Shown here: piece after piece, positions 9,699 to 20,388 of the stretch
Numbering within the stretch: the first letter of the stretch is position 1
Layout of the letters: every line of letters starts with the position of its first letter
Assembly (NCBI GenBank): GCA_050250255.1
Contig: JBFWOZ010000011.1
Span: 14,255 to 78,254, forward strand
Source of the DNA: Bdellovibrionales bacterium
Lineage (GTDB): Bacteria; Bdellovibrionota; Bdellovibrionia; Bdellovibrionales; DASUEL01
DNA length: 64,000 bases
Direction: 5' to 3'
The notes under the pieces: generated by a model
The model's database searches: none
The model's input: only the letters and a program-made list of their open reading frames with translations
Told to the model about the DNA's origin: nothing
Program-made: the position numbers and the translations under genes

Positions 9699-10453
9699 AG
9701 CATGGCATGTGGGCGCTTCTCCTCTTTTTCTGTCTTTATCCTAAAGCTCTCAAAAACGGAGTTAGGCCCTATTGGCTGATTTGGAATGTAGGCCAAGGAC
9801 AATGGGTCTCATGGGTGGGAACTACGTCGTGCTATCACTTCGACATGGGAGGCGAAAAAAACCCTCTCTCGCTCGTAAGAAGAGAATGTGGCGAAAAGAA
9901 AAACTTGCTTCACCTCTCGCACCCCGATTGGGATCATATCAGTTTCGTGAGTCCTGGATTACGCCGCCTGAATTCTCTGTGTCTTGTTTCCTCTTCCGTC
10001 TCGATGCTTAAAAGATCCCCCGCCTCTTCCAATAAAAACAATCGGAAAAAATCTAAGTTCCTCACCCAACTGCCTGCCTGTTTGTCTCACACACCGGTTC
10101 AACAATTTGTTCCCGCTTTTGAGCCCACATCATCGAGCAATGATCAAAGTGTGATTTATCTATGGAAACAGTTTCTTTTACCTGGGGACGCCTCTGTGCG
10201 AAAAGAAAAAATTTGGAGTGAACAAATAGAGCTTTCAAAAATTCAATGGCTACTTTTAGGACATCACGGAAGTCGCACGAGCAGCTCCGCAAAACTCCTC
10301 AAACAGCTCCCCGCTTTACGAATGAGCTTTGCCTCAGCAAGGCACAGTAAATATGGCCATCCTCATGAGGACGTACTTTTGCGATTGAAAGAGAAGGGTG
10401 TTCCCGTATTAAAAACGGAAGAGTGGGGAAATATAAAGATAGATTCTTTATGA
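9695..10453 (+). CDS. ComEC-type metallo-beta-lactamase-fold domain encoded as a separate gene
   Basis: NVGQG, SHPDWDH, LLPGD, GHHGS, YGHP; ATGA overlap with the upstream gene and a GGAGG RBS. Confidence 0.85.
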   Translation: MKHGMWALLLFFCLYPKALKNGVRPYWLIWNVGQGQWVSWVGTTSCYHFDMGGEKNPLSLVRRECGEKKNLLHLSHPDWDHISFVSPGLRRLNSLCLVSSSVSMLKRSPASSNKNNRKKSKFLTQLPACLSHTPVQQFVPAFEPTSSSNDQSVIYLWKQFLLPGDASVRKEKIWSEQIELSKIQWLLLGHHGSRTSSSAKLLKQLPALRMSFASARHSKYGHPHEDVLLRLKEKGVPVLKTEEWGNIKIDSL

Positions 10454-10459
10454 GCAACA

Positions 10460-10483
10460 ACCCTACTAAAATTTCAGTAGGGT
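10460..10483. terminator. Hairpin between convergent genes, probable terminator
   Basis: ACCCTACT/AGTAGGGT 8-bp stem. Confidence 0.55.
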
Positions 10484-10493
10484 CGAGAAAAGA

Positions 10494-11345
10494 TTAGCGA
10501 GGAAGTAAGCAGCCCACTTTATTTAAATCCAACTGACGATTTTGATTTAAACAGCTGTAAATCCAAGCGACTTGTTGAGCGTAGCCACGGCCTGGCTGAA
10601 TCGTAATATTGCCGTTTTGATCCACTTCACAAGGATTGTTTAACGTACATCTTTGGCTATTTTCATTGTTTGTGTTGTTCACACCAATCACTGTGCGTGT
10701 ACCGGCAACAAGTACGGGAGATCCTGAAGTTCCACCGATTGTTTCACAACCTGGGTTGCTGTAACGAATCGAATCCGACCATGTCCAACGATCTTCTTTC
10801 ACCGTAGGAATAATCGCTTCTGCACGACAGGCGTAACCACGTTTCCAATACCCAGAAATCACTTCAATGTCAGTCGATGGACGAACATACTCTTTAGAAA
10901 GAGTGAATGGACGTGTATTGAACTCGTTATAGATTTGAGCAAAAGTTTTTGAAAGTGTGTAAATCGCCATGTCCGTTTTTGTCATTGTTCCGTAGAGAAT
11001 TTCTGTTGAAACAACCGTGCCCTTTAATTCGGCTTGAGGACCTAGAATGCGAAAGCTGCGAGTTACGGGAACATGTACCTTTACCATTCCAGCTGGCATC
11101 AATTCGATACAGTGCCCATTTGTGAGGACCATTGCGGCATCTGTCTCTAAGCTATTTTCAAAGCGTACGATGCTACCAGAACAGTTAGAAAGACCGACAA
11201 TACCTTCAAAACTAAATGCAAAACTATCTGCAGCTACAGTCGATAGTCCCCAAGGCGGTAAGTTTTTGCTGAGTTCAGGTACCGCAAAAGCAGGAAACGA
11301 AGTTGTGATTGTTAAAAGAAATGAGAATAAAAACGTTAATTTCAT
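10494..11345 (-). CDS. Secreted trypsin-like serine protease
   Basis: Signal peptide; LTNGHC, TDMAI and GGTSGSP catalytic triad motifs. Confidence 0.9.
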   Translation of the reverse strand: MKLTFLFSFLLTITTSFPAFAVPELSKNLPPWGLSTVAADSFAFSFEGIVGLSNCSGSIVRFENSLETDAAMVLTNGHCIELMPAGMVKVHVPVTRSFRILGPQAELKGTVVSTEILYGTMTKTDMAIYTLSKTFAQIYNEFNTRPFTLSKEYVRPSTDIEVISGYWKRGYACRAEAIIPTVKEDRWTWSDSIRYSNPGCETIGGTSGSPVLVAGTRTVIGVNNTNNENSQRCTLNNPCEVDQNGNITIQPGRGYAQQVAWIYSCLNQNRQLDLNKVGCLLPR

Positions 11346-11415
11346 AAGGTCCCTCCAGGCGTGCATTCAAACCAGGAGGGCCCTATGTGTCAAATAAAAC
11401 AGAGCAAACCTTTGT

Positions 11416-12420
11416 TTACTGTAAGAACTGACCAGTTGCGTAAGCTAAGGCTTTAGTTATATTGGCCATATAGTTGAAATCAAGTCGTGCATCTACGATA
11501 TCGCAAGCTTTGTGATAACAAGGATCCCCATCTCCGCCGAAGAAATTCTCGGAGATCACCACAGAGCCAATTTGAGCTTTCCAAAAGTGAGCATGATCGC
11601 TGCGATCTGTACAGGCGGCTACACGTTGAAGCGGAAGATTTAAACTCACCACTCCTTGCATGATCTTCTCAGAAAAACCCATCGAGTCTGCACGATTACA
11701 ATCAATGACATGGAAGGCTCCATCTTTACGGCTATTTGTTCCCATCATTTCCATATGAATATTACCGATCACTTGCATGCGATTTAAAGTCGGCACATAA
11801 AAACTAGAGCCGACAAGGCCTAACTCTTCTTGATCAAAAGCGACGATTCGTAAAGTGTAACGAAAACTTTGTTGCGAAAGAGTTTTTGCAATAGCAAGAG
11901 CTGCAATCGTTCCACTTCCATCATCATTGGCACCAGCAACACTGACCACAGAATCCATGTGAGAAGAAACAATAAACACCTTAGAAGGATCTGTTCCCAC
12001 TTTTTCAGCAATAAAATTTTCACCTTGCTGTGGAGGGAGAGTTTTTTTGTACGGCTGAGTGGAGACGGCAAAGCCTAAAGCTTGATATTCTCTTGTGAGA
12101 AACTTTCTAGCAAGAAGACGACCGTTCGCCGAGCTTCGCTCCGAGATTCTTACAGACTGACCATCGATCATTGTAGGGAGGGCTCCAGAGAGTTCCGACA
12201 ATTTTTGCTTTAAAAAAGCAGGATCAACATTGATTGCAAATAAGGGATCTTCAATTGGAACGACAGGAAGAGGCATGAGCTTCGCCGATGCAAAAGCTCG
12301 ATAGTCTGTCGACCAACTGTGTCCTTCATGCGCAATGGCGCGAGCAAAAATCACCTGGAAAATAATAAAGAGAAATAAAGCGAACCCACGATAAATGGGC
12401 AAATTTTTTGATTGATTCAT
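11416..12420 (-). CDS. M28 family metallopeptidase
   Basis: SSHMDS, GANDDGSG, FDQEELGLVGS, RSDH, YH; ATG at 12420 with a GAGGAG RBS. Confidence 0.9.
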   Translation of the reverse strand: MNQSKNLPIYRGFALFLFIIFQVIFARAIAHEGHSWSTDYRAFASAKLMPLPVVPIEDPLFAINVDPAFLKQKLSELSGALPTMIDGQSVRISERSSANGRLLARKFLTREYQALGFAVSTQPYKKTLPPQQGENFIAEKVGTDPSKVFIVSSHMDSVVSVAGANDDGSGTIAALAIAKTLSQQSFRYTLRIVAFDQEELGLVGSSFYVPTLNRMQVIGNIHMEMMGTNSRKDGAFHVIDCNRADSMGFSEKIMQGVVSLNLPLQRVAACTDRSDHAHFWKAQIGSVVISENFFGGDGDPCYHKACDIVDARLDFNYMANITKALAYATGQFLQ

Positions 12421-12475
12421 GTAGCCCCTCCTCTCATTTTCATAGTTCAGAGGGGCGATGTCGTCAATCAATGGC

Positions 12476-13588
12476 TTAGATGAGACTGCTAAATGGACGG
12501 TATTCCATATCAAGATCACGCGCTACCGGCTCATAACAAACATAACCGCCATAAACGTTTACGCCTTTCATGAGAGCTTTGTCTTGAGCGACCGCCGTTT
12601 CCATACCTTTTTGAGCAAGAATGGAAGCATACTTAAACGTCACGTTCGTAAGAGCGTAGGTCGAAGTGCGAGAAACCACACCTGGCATATTTGGTACACA
12701 GTAATGAATTACGCCATCCACTTCATAGGTTGGATTTTTGTGACTTGTAGGACGACAAGTTTCAATACAACCACCTTGATCCACCGCTACGTCAACAACC
12801 ACACTGCCTGGTGCCATTGCACTCACAAGTTGTTTGCTCACAAGTTTTGGTGCTTTACGCCCTGTTAAGAGAACTGCACCCACCAAAAGATCCGCTCGCA
12901 CAACGCTCTCTTCGATATTTTTGATGTTGGAATAAAGAGTTGTCACCCGACCATCAAAAATATGATCGATGTATTCAAGGCGGTTATGATTCACATCTAA
13001 AATGGAAACTTCAGCACCAAGACCTACAGCCATTTGAGCCGCGTTTACACCCACAACTCCACCACCAATGATCACCACTTTACCGCGTGGCACTCCTGGA
13101 ACGCCCCCCAGAAGGATTCCTTTCCCACCATGATCTTTTTGTAAGTAGAAAGCACCGATCTGAGTTGCCATACGACCTGCCACTTCACTCATAGGAGTGA
13201 GAAGAGGAAGAGTTCCGTCTTCGGCTTGAATCGTTTCGTAAGCAACCGACTTCACTTTTCGTTGGCAAAGAACTTTTGTGAGTTCAGGTTCTGCCGCCAA
13301 GTGAAGGTATGTGTAGAGAATTTGATTCTCTTTGAGGAGTTCATATTCATCAGGAAGAGGCTCTTTCACTTTTACGATCATGTCGGCTTTTGCGTAGACT
13401 TCTTTTTTTGTGTCAAGAATCGCGGCACCAGCTTTGATGTAGTCTTCGTTTGAAATTCCGCTACCTACACCCGCATCTTTTTCAATAAAAACTTTGTGAC
13501 CCTCTAGAACAAGTTGCTTCACGCCCGCTTCGGTCATTCCGACGCGATTTTCGCTGATTTTAATTTCCTTAGGCACACCAATGATCAT
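12476..13588 (-). CDS. ald: Alanine dehydrogenase
   Basis: [54 protein letters not shown]. Confidence 0.97.
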   Translation of the reverse strand: MIIGVPKEIKISENRVGMTEAGVKQLVLEGHKVFIEKDAGVGSGISNEDYIKAGAAILDTKKEVYAKADMIVKVKEPLPDEYELLKENQILYTYLHLAAEPELTKVLCQRKVKSVAYETIQAEDGTLPLLTPMSEVAGRMATQIGAFYLQKDHGGKGILLGGVPGVPRGKVVIIGGGVVGVNAAQMAVGLGAEVSILDVNHNRLEYIDHIFDGRVTTLYSNIKNIEESVVRADLLVGAVLLTGRKAPKLVSKQLVSAMAPGSVVVDVAVDQGGCIETCRPTSHKNPTYEVDGVIHYCVPNMPGVVSRTSTYALTNVTFKYASILAQKGMETAVAQDKALMKGVNVYGGYVCYEPVARDLDMEYRPFSSLI

Positions 13589-13662
13589 AATCGTTTGTCT
13601 CCTGTGTATTTTGTGGAATACTTGTTTTTACAGAAGATTCTTAGGAGTGGCGAGCTTTTTCT

Positions 13663-14481
13663 ATGGGAGTTTTGTTCCGAGCTATGAAAGCATTAGGTGA
13701 ACATTTACCTTCGTTGTTTTGTACTTTCGTTGTGGCGGCAGTGCTTCTGACCAGTGGCGTTAGCATTGCTCTCCCCCCCGAAGGCTTCGAAAATTTCGCT
13801 CTGATTGGCCGGGGAAAAGGAACGCGAAGCCTTGCCATTGATGGAATGTACAATCGCCCCGCTTGGCGTTCTGACTCTGAATCGCTTCAATTCTATGCGG
13901 GATGGCCTACGGAAAACAAAAATTACTTAACCGTCGGCGCTCGTTCTTTAGCCGCACCTCAATTTGGCGATCGTTTCGCCGCGTTTGCACGATGGGATTG
14001 GACTTTTTTTGATGTGACCTCGATTGCCATCAAATACATCCACGAAGAGTGGCGCTACATCGCAACGAGCAAAGAGACTTGGGCGCTCGACTACAATTTT
14101 TTTATTCCCTTTGGTGAGCAAAAGACCGGATTTTACTTTTCGCTTGGAGCGTATTACCGATGGATGAAGCAACGCTGGAATGATCCTTGGTCTTCGCCCC
14201 TTAATTACAACACGAAAGATCAAGAGTGGTTCTTCCAAAGTGTAATGGGTTGGCAAGTGGGCTTAGGAGATACCGGAAGCTATATGACTTTTGATTGGAA
14301 CTTACGAGATCAATTCTCTTATTACAATTTTGACAATATGGCGTTTGATCTCTCTTTGAATTTCGATGGTGGTGATAGTTTTTTATTTCGTCTCACGAGC
14401 GGTGTGCGCACTTCTGCGCTGACAATGGGCACCGGTTATCCAGCTGAGTATTATGGTGGGATGGGGTTTGTGATTTATTGA
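13663..14481 (+). CDS. Hypothetical exported protein, probable outer-membrane beta-barrel
   Basis: Signal-like N-terminus, aromatic-rich alternating strands, C-terminal aromatic residue (GFVIY). Confidence 0.55.
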   Translation: MGVLFRAMKALGEHLPSLFCTFVVAAVLLTSGVSIALPPEGFENFALIGRGKGTRSLAIDGMYNRPAWRSDSESLQFYAGWPTENKNYLTVGARSLAAPQFGDRFAAFARWDWTFFDVTSIAIKYIHEEWRYIATSKETWALDYNFFIPFGEQKTGFYFSLGAYYRWMKQRWNDPWSSPLNYNTKDQEWFFQSVMGWQVGLGDTGSYMTFDWNLRDQFSYYNFDNMAFDLSLNFDGGDSFLFRLTSGVRTSALTMGTGYPAEYYGGMGFVIY

Positions 14482-14562
14482 AGTTTGAAGGCGCCACTTA
14501 ACCTACTGGGTTTTCTGGGATACCGGAATCTAGGCACACGGTATCCAGGATTGCTACCGGAA

Positions 14563-14617
14563 AAGGTACGGACACACTTTTGGGACGCATTGAGTCCCAA
14601 AAGTGTGTCCGTACCTT
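14563..14617. repeat. Perfect 24-bp inverted repeat (REP/MITE-like)
   Basis: AAGGTACGGACACACTTTTGGGAC-N7-GTCCCAAAAGTGTGTCCGTACCTT. Confidence 0.9.
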
Positions 14618-14688
14618 CGGACTAAGGCCCAGGTGAGAAACTGCGCGCAAGACTATCGATAAATCGCAAAATCTTTTACTCTAAGAAC

Positions 14689-16899
14689 ATGCGTACTATT
14701 CTTCTCACCAGCAGCATTTTGTTCATCGTTTTGAGCTGTTCTTCGCTCTCTGAAAAGCAAAATTTGCCTCCCGAAAATCTCATGCCTGTTTACAAATCAG
14801 GAATGGCCGCACCTCAAGCACAAAAAGCGAATGCGCTTATTGAACAGTACATGGAAGAGAACAAAGAGAAGGCCGCGCATTGGTGGGGAAAATACAATCG
14901 CGCTATGATTCTTACGGAACAAAAACCGACCGAGGCTTGCGTGCTCTTTACGGAACTTTCTCAGGAAAAAGATTTTCCTCTTCAAGCGATCGCGAATCTC
15001 AGATCTTACCAAACATGCCCTGTCACTCGTGAATCTGCGCAACGTCTTTGGCAGACCTCACGCACTTTTCCTGTTTGGACAAAGTCCCTTGCGGTGGATA
15101 TCTCTCTCACTTCAGCGGCTTCCCTCTCTGCAAAAAAAGAACAAATTCAGTTTTTAGAAGAAAAAGCAAAATTCACATCTATCACAGAAGAACGTATTGA
15201 GCTTTTTCAAGCAGCCCTTCTCATTGCTCGAGAGTTACGTGATAAAGAAAGCATCAAGCGCGTAGAGAAAAAACTGCACACCGCAGCTCCTCGTTTCCAA
15301 ATACGCCCTCCAAAAGAGAACTACCTCAAAGTTGCACACGACTTTCGAAAAGCTCGCGATTTTGAAAATGCTCGGAAGTACTACCGACTCGTTTTCGAAG
15401 ATCGCAAACGAAAAACAGAAGATCGGCTCGCCGCTTTAAAAGGAATTCGTTTTGTCTTCAAAACCGAAAATAAAAAAGAAGACTACTTAGAAGCCACACG
15501 GAAAATTGCAAAATTCACTGGGGCGCTTTTAAAATTCAACAAACGGGTTCGCGATCAGGCGAAGCTCACCAATCTACATATCGATGCCCAACTTCTTCTT
15601 ACTCGAACTCTTTGGACGGCGGGTGATGTACAAGGCTCTCTCTTAGTTCTCAAGCAGCTCGCCCAAAAATATAAAAAACATCCGCAAGCCTCGGAGGTAC
15701 ATTGGCTCATCGCCCGTATCTCAGAAGAAGCCGGAAATTACGAAGAGGCCCTCAAGGGTAACAAAATTGCGCTCCAGTTAGAAAAAGAAGGCACGGCCCT
15801 TTGGGAAAAGCTCGTTTGGCAAAAAGCTTGGAATCAACGAAAACTAAAAGATTTTGCGGCCGCGGCTCATACGTTTTTGACCTTGATCGATAAAACAAAA
15901 AAGTCGGATTACAATATTAAATATCGTTTTTGGTACGGACGCGTTTTAAAAGAACATCAGCAAAAAGAAGAAGCCGAAAAAACTTTTCAAGCGCTGATCA
16001 GCGACGACCCTATGGGATACTACGGCCTTCTCGCCTATCGCGAGATTGGACTACAATATCCACCTCTTACCGCAAAGAGCTCGAAAACTTTTGAAAAACC
16101 AAGTTTTGTTTCTGAGGAAGATTATAAAGTTGTTAAGTGGCTCGCTTCCGTGGGAGAAACCACTCTTCTTCGTTCCTTCATCAAACGTGTGACCGCAAAA
16201 ACCTCATTTTTCAAAATGAACACGGAAGATCAAAGCCGCATTTTAAATTGGTATGCGGCCGTCGATGATTATCTAGGACTTTTTCAACAATATGGTTGGA
16301 TTTTAGCGACTCATAAAGAGCTCTTAACTCGACATGCTGATTTGATTTTCCCGAGACCGCATGAAGCTGTCGTACGCACTGTTGCGAGTGACACGGGTGT
16401 AAAACCGGAACTGATCTATTCCATTATGAGACAGGAATCGGGATTCAATCCTCGCGCTCGTAGCCCCATGGATGCGTTTGGACTCATGCAACTCATTCCT
16501 AATACTGCAGAGATCGTAGCGAAAGAGCGATCTTACGACTACAAGCAGACCGATGATCTCTACAAACCAGTTGTGAACATCACGATCGGTTCGGCCCTTT
16601 TAAAGAAGCTCATGTCTCAATTTGATAAACAGTTTATTATCACCGTGGCTTCTTACAATGCTTCGGAAGATGCGGTTCTGACGTGGCTCAAAACGAGATA
16701 TCGTGATGATCCGCTCGAGTTTATCGAGGATATTCCTTATTCTGAGACGATGACGTACATCAAATTGGTACTACGGAACTTCATCTACTACTCTAGGCTC
16801 GCTGACCAGGACGATTCTATGGACTTTCCCGAGTGGTGTTTAGAGGGTTTACAGTCCCTCAAAACATCGTCGCTCAGATCCCCCGTCTCAGTTCAATAA
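14689..16899 (+). CDS. Lipoprotein Slt-family lytic transglycosylase with TPR superhelix
   Basis: Lipobox VLSC; IMRQESGF, AFGLMQL, ASYNA, FIEDIPYSET. Confidence 0.9.
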   Translation: MRTILLTSSILFIVLSCSSLSEKQNLPPENLMPVYKSGMAAPQAQKANALIEQYMEENKEKAAHWWGKYNRAMILTEQKPTEACVLFTELSQEKDFPLQAIANLRSYQTCPVTRESAQRLWQTSRTFPVWTKSLAVDISLTSAASLSAKKEQIQFLEEKAKFTSITEERIELFQAALLIARELRDKESIKRVEKKLHTAAPRFQIRPPKENYLKVAHDFRKARDFENARKYYRLVFEDRKRKTEDRLAALKGIRFVFKTENKKEDYLEATRKIAKFTGALLKFNKRVRDQAKLTNLHIDAQLLLTRTLWTAGDVQGSLLVLKQLAQKYKKHPQASEVHWLIARISEEAGNYEEALKGNKIALQLEKEGTALWEKLVWQKAWNQRKLKDFAAAAHTFLTLIDKTKKSDYNIKYRFWYGRVLKEHQQKEEAEKTFQALISDDPMGYYGLLAYREIGLQYPPLTAKSSKTFEKPSFVSEEDYKVVKWLASVGETTLLRSFIKRVTAKTSFFKMNTEDQSRILNWYAAVDDYLGLFQQYGWILATHKELLTRHADLIFPRPHEAVVRTVASDTGVKPELIYSIMRQESGFNPRARSPMDAFGLMQLIPNTAEIVAKERSYDYKQTDDLYKPVVNITIGSALLKKLMSQFDKQFIITVASYNASEDAVLTWLKTRYRDDPLEFIEDIPYSETMTYIKLVLRNFIYYSRLADQDDSMDFPEWCLEGLQSLKTSSLRSPVSVQ

Positions 16900-16908
16900 C
16901 TTAAGTAA

Positions 16909-16951
16909 AATCAATAGCTTACATCATCTCAAGCGAGGCATCCGGTTTGCT
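16909..16951 (+). promoter_or_regulatory. Putative sigma54 promoter with an upstream IHF-like site
   Basis: AGGCATCCGGTTTGCT (GG-N10-GC) at 16936-16951; AATCAATAGCTTA matching WATCAANNNNTTR at 16909-16921. Confidence 0.6.
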
Positions 16952-16977
16952 CTATTAAGTCTCAAACCGGAGGCTTC

Positions 16978-18273
16978 ATGCGCGACAAATTACTACTTTC
17001 AGTCCTACTTAGTGGTCTCTTCTCTATGAGTGCTTATCTCGTCGTAGAGAATTTCGTAGAAGGCACTGACTACCAAGCACGCCTCACCAGCCTCGGTGTT
17101 CCTCATGAAATTCCAATGGATTTAAAAAAGGAAGTAAAAGTCCTTCTTGCTGACCCAGCAGTTTCCAAAAATTGGGGACTCATGGGTACAGGTGGCGCGA
17201 GCGATATTAAAGCTCACCGTGCATGGGAAATCACCCAAGGTAGCCGTGAAATTCGTGTGGCTATTATTGATACGGGTGCCGATATAAAGCACCCCGATCT
17301 AAAAAATAATCTTTGGGTGAATAATGGTGAAATCGGAAAAGATGCCAACGGCAAAGACAAAACTACAAACGGTGTGGATGACGATAAAAATGGTTTCGTA
17401 GACGACGTTCATGGTTGGAACTTTGTGGGGAACAATAACAACCTCGTCGATCATCACGGACATGGAACTCATATTGCTGGTATCGTAGGTGCAGAAGGCG
17501 GTAACGGTATTGGAATCAGTGGTGTTGCTCCGAATGTGAGTTTGATGGTTCTCAAATATTACGACCCTCAATCACGTGCTAACGACAATTTAACAAACAC
17601 GATCAAAGCCATTCGATACGCTGTAAAAATGAAAGCCCACATCATCAATTACTCTGGTGGAGGCGTGGAATACAGCGCTGAAGAACGTAAAGCTATCGAA
17701 GAAGCCAACCGTGAAGGAATCCTTTTCGTAGCCGCTGCAGGTAACGAGCGTTCTAATTCTGACATCTCTCATTACTATCCTGCAGATTACGATTTACCGA
17801 ACATCATTTCTGTAACTGCGATCAATCCCAACGCTCAAGTTCTTGCGAGCAGCAATTACGGAATGAAAACGGTCCACATCGCAGCTCCGGGCGAAGGTAT
17901 TTTTTCAACTCTTCCTGGGATGAAATATGGAATCATGACGGGAACTTCTCAAGCGACTTCGTTTGTCTCTGGAGTTGCGGCTCTCATCATGGCTGCCAAT
18001 CGTTCTTTTAACTTTGTGCAGGTAAAAAATCAGATTCTCTCTACCGCAGATGAAATCTCTACGCTTCGCTCAAAAACACGTACAAGCGGGAAACTTAATT
18101 CGTGGGCGGCTCTTGCGATTCAACCGTTACTTCCCATTACGGGAATCGTTGCTCAAGCAGGAAACCATCAGGCCTTTGCCGCAGCTCCACAAGCGAGCGT
18201 CGAAATCGATAATCTTGTGACTCTTTCGACTTTGATGAAGGCACTTGAGAGGCAACCCGCACGCAAGAACTAA
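16978..18273 (+). CDS. S8 family subtilisin-like serine peptidase
   Basis: VAIIDTG, HGHGTHIAG, AAAGNE, GTSQAT. Confidence 0.93.
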   Translation: MRDKLLLSVLLSGLFSMSAYLVVENFVEGTDYQARLTSLGVPHEIPMDLKKEVKVLLADPAVSKNWGLMGTGGASDIKAHRAWEITQGSREIRVAIIDTGADIKHPDLKNNLWVNNGEIGKDANGKDKTTNGVDDDKNGFVDDVHGWNFVGNNNNLVDHHGHGTHIAGIVGAEGGNGIGISGVAPNVSLMVLKYYDPQSRANDNLTNTIKAIRYAVKMKAHIINYSGGGVEYSAEERKAIEEANREGILFVAAAGNERSNSDISHYYPADYDLPNIISVTAINPNAQVLASSNYGMKTVHIAAPGEGIFSTLPGMKYGIMTGTSQATSFVSGVAALIMAANRSFNFVQVKNQILSTADEISTLRSKTRTSGKLNSWAALAIQPLLPITGIVAQAGNHQAFAAAPQASVEIDNLVTLSTLMKALERQPARKN

Positions 18274-18274
18274 A

Positions 18275-18327
18275 AACTCAGAGCTCTGAACTCGGAGTTC
18301 TGAGTTCTGAGCTCCGAACTCCGAGTT
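18275..18327. repeat. Degenerate heptamer tandem repeat forming a hairpin between convergent genes
   Basis: AACTCAG AGCTCTG AACTCGG AGTTCTG AGTTCTG AGCTCCG AACTCCG AGTT; AACTCGGAGTTC/GAACTCCGAGTT inverted pair. Confidence 0.75.
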
Positions 18328-18790
18328 AGCGTGGTGTCAGAAACAGAACTATCAATACAAGTACAATAACCACCGTAAAACCCAGTAGCGCGTAAACCCA
18401 TTTCAAGTACGGGCGCACGTGTTTTACGGGTGCTGCTTTTAAACTTGTCATTAACACTGTTTGTAAAATTTGAGCTTGTCTTTTAAGGGCCACTTCATTA
18501 TGTGGATCGGCCTCTAAAATGCGACGATATTTCATCGAAGCAAAACCTAAGTTTCTCTCAAGTGTAGCTTGCGCAATAAAACTTTCGTGAAAGGCATCTT
18601 CTTCCCATCTCGACAAAATCAATTGCCACGCCATCTCTAAACGCTCCGAACCAGAAATCAAGGCTCCTAGCTCACGATCCGTCCATTTTTTAAAGACTAA
18701 CCCACAGGCGAGACATTCTTTCGCACCCACAAAAGGGTGTGCACCGCATTTAGGGCAGGCATCTGTGGATTTTTCTGGGTGAGATTTCAA
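18326..18790 (-). CDS. Hypothetical zinc-ribbon protein with a C-terminal membrane anchor
   Basis: CPKCG...ECLACG; hydrophobic C-terminal helix. Confidence 0.65.
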   Translation of the reverse strand: MKSHPEKSTDACPKCGAHPFVGAKECLACGLVFKKWTDRELGALISGSERLEMAWQLILSRWEEDAFHESFIAQATLERNLGFASMKYRRILEADPHNEVALKRQAQILQTVLMTSLKAAPVKHVRPYLKWVYALLGFTVVIVLVLIVLFLTPR

Positions 18791-18846
18791 CGTTTTTCCC
18801 TTTCATTTTTCTTTATTAAAATCGAGAACCGCCCTACAGTCAAAGT

Positions 18847-20379
18847 GTGATGATTCAATGGTTCTTTCCTATTCTCTCAGGGCTATTTTTAGGGACAAGC
18901 TATATTCCTTTTTATCCTTGGGCTCTTTTTGTTGTTTGGGTCCCACTCTGGATCTGTTGGTTTAAAAACCCTACGTATAAAAACATCTTCCTGACCGGCG
19001 TACTCAGCACGGTCACTTTCAATATGATTGGGTTTCACTGGATTGCCTCTACTGCCCGAGAGTTTGGTCACCTTTCTTGGGATGTTTCTATTTTAATCTT
19101 AATTCTTTTTTCTCTTATCTCCGCCCTTCACGTTCCGCTTTCGGGTGTGGCTTGGCTGTATTTAAGAAAAAAGTATTCTATGGGCCTTAACGAATCAATT
19201 TGGGTTCTCGCTGTTTTGTACTGGGTTTTCGAAACGCTCTCACCAACGATTTTCCCTTGGAATCTAGGCTATCCATGGCTCTGGGCACAATGGCCAGGGA
19301 TTCAGTGGGCCGATGTCGTGGGCTTTCAGGGTTTAAGTTTTGTGACCGTGGTCTTAAATGCTTTGGTCGCTTGGTTTTTTCTTTCGCCTCTGCCGTATGC
19401 GAAAAAATTAAAACCTTTACTTGGAGGCTTTGCCTTTTTTCTTTCGTTACAGCTCACTGGCTATTTAAAAAGCCGCGGCCTTCCGCAGGCCGATAAAACT
19501 TTGAAGGTTCTGGCGGTTCAAGCCAACATCGGAAATTTAGAAAAAGCCTACGCAGAAAAAGGCATGGGGTACCAAGACTATATCATAGATCAGCATTTTG
19601 ATCTGACTCGTAAAGCGCTCAAAGAAATGCCTAAGCCCGATCTCATTGTGTATCCCGAAACGGCGCTTCCGATACCTCTTGATGCCGATTACAAAGACGC
19701 TCTTTACAATAAAAAATTAAATTTCTTTCTCAAAGAGACCGGAATTCCTATTATGGTAGGAGCGTATTCCGAACCGCCACCTGATCGTGGAACCAGAAAC
19801 TCTGTTTTCTTGCTCGATCCTCAGGGAGAAATTCTTGGAAGTTACGACAAGACCCTACTGCTCGCATTTGGGGAGTACCTCCCTGGAGGGGATCGCTTCC
19901 CTATTTTATATAAATGGCTTCCTTTCGTTTCTCATTTCTACGCGGGCCATGGCCCCAGCATTATTAAATTGGGTGATTTACATTTTGGAATTCAGGTTTG
20001 TTATGAAGGACTTTATCCTTGGTTCACCACTGAGCTTGTGAATTTAAAAACTCAAATTATTTTTAACGCGACCAACGACTCTTGGTTTGGAAAAAACTTT
20101 GAACCTCAACAACATCTCTACATGACGGCGGCGCGCGCTATCGAGTATCGAAGACCCCTCATACGAACAACCAATACGGGCATCACAACGGCAGTCCTGC
20201 CGAGTGGTCAATTCCTACAACAATCTCCCATCTACGAAGAGTGGTTTGGAGTTTTTGAAGTTCCATATTCAACGACGCCGCAAATCACCCTCTATTCCCG
20301 TCTAGAGCCTTTTCTGGTATATCTAGTTCTCTTTATGTCGATTGGTGTTTTTGGCGTTTTGAAAAGAAAGTCGTTGTAG
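18847..20379 (+). CDS. lnt: Apolipoprotein N-acyltransferase
   Basis: FPWNLGY, VQANI, YPETA, YDKTLLLAFGEY, VCYE, TNDSWFG, RAIE, NTGIT. Confidence 0.95.
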   Translation: MMIQWFFPILSGLFLGTSYIPFYPWALFVVWVPLWICWFKNPTYKNIFLTGVLSTVTFNMIGFHWIASTAREFGHLSWDVSILILILFSLISALHVPLSGVAWLYLRKKYSMGLNESIWVLAVLYWVFETLSPTIFPWNLGYPWLWAQWPGIQWADVVGFQGLSFVTVVLNALVAWFFLSPLPYAKKLKPLLGGFAFFLSLQLTGYLKSRGLPQADKTLKVLAVQANIGNLEKAYAEKGMGYQDYIIDQHFDLTRKALKEMPKPDLIVYPETALPIPLDADYKDALYNKKLNFFLKETGIPIMVGAYSEPPPDRGTRNSVFLLDPQGEILGSYDKTLLLAFGEYLPGGDRFPILYKWLPFVSHFYAGHGPSIIKLGDLHFGIQVCYEGLYPWFTTELVNLKTQIIFNATNDSWFGKNFEPQQHLYMTAARAIEYRRPLIRTTNTGITTAVLPSGQFLQQSPIYEEWFGVFEVPYSTTPQITLYSRLEPFLVYLVLFMSIGVFGVLKRKSL

Positions 20380-20388
20380 GAGAAAAAG

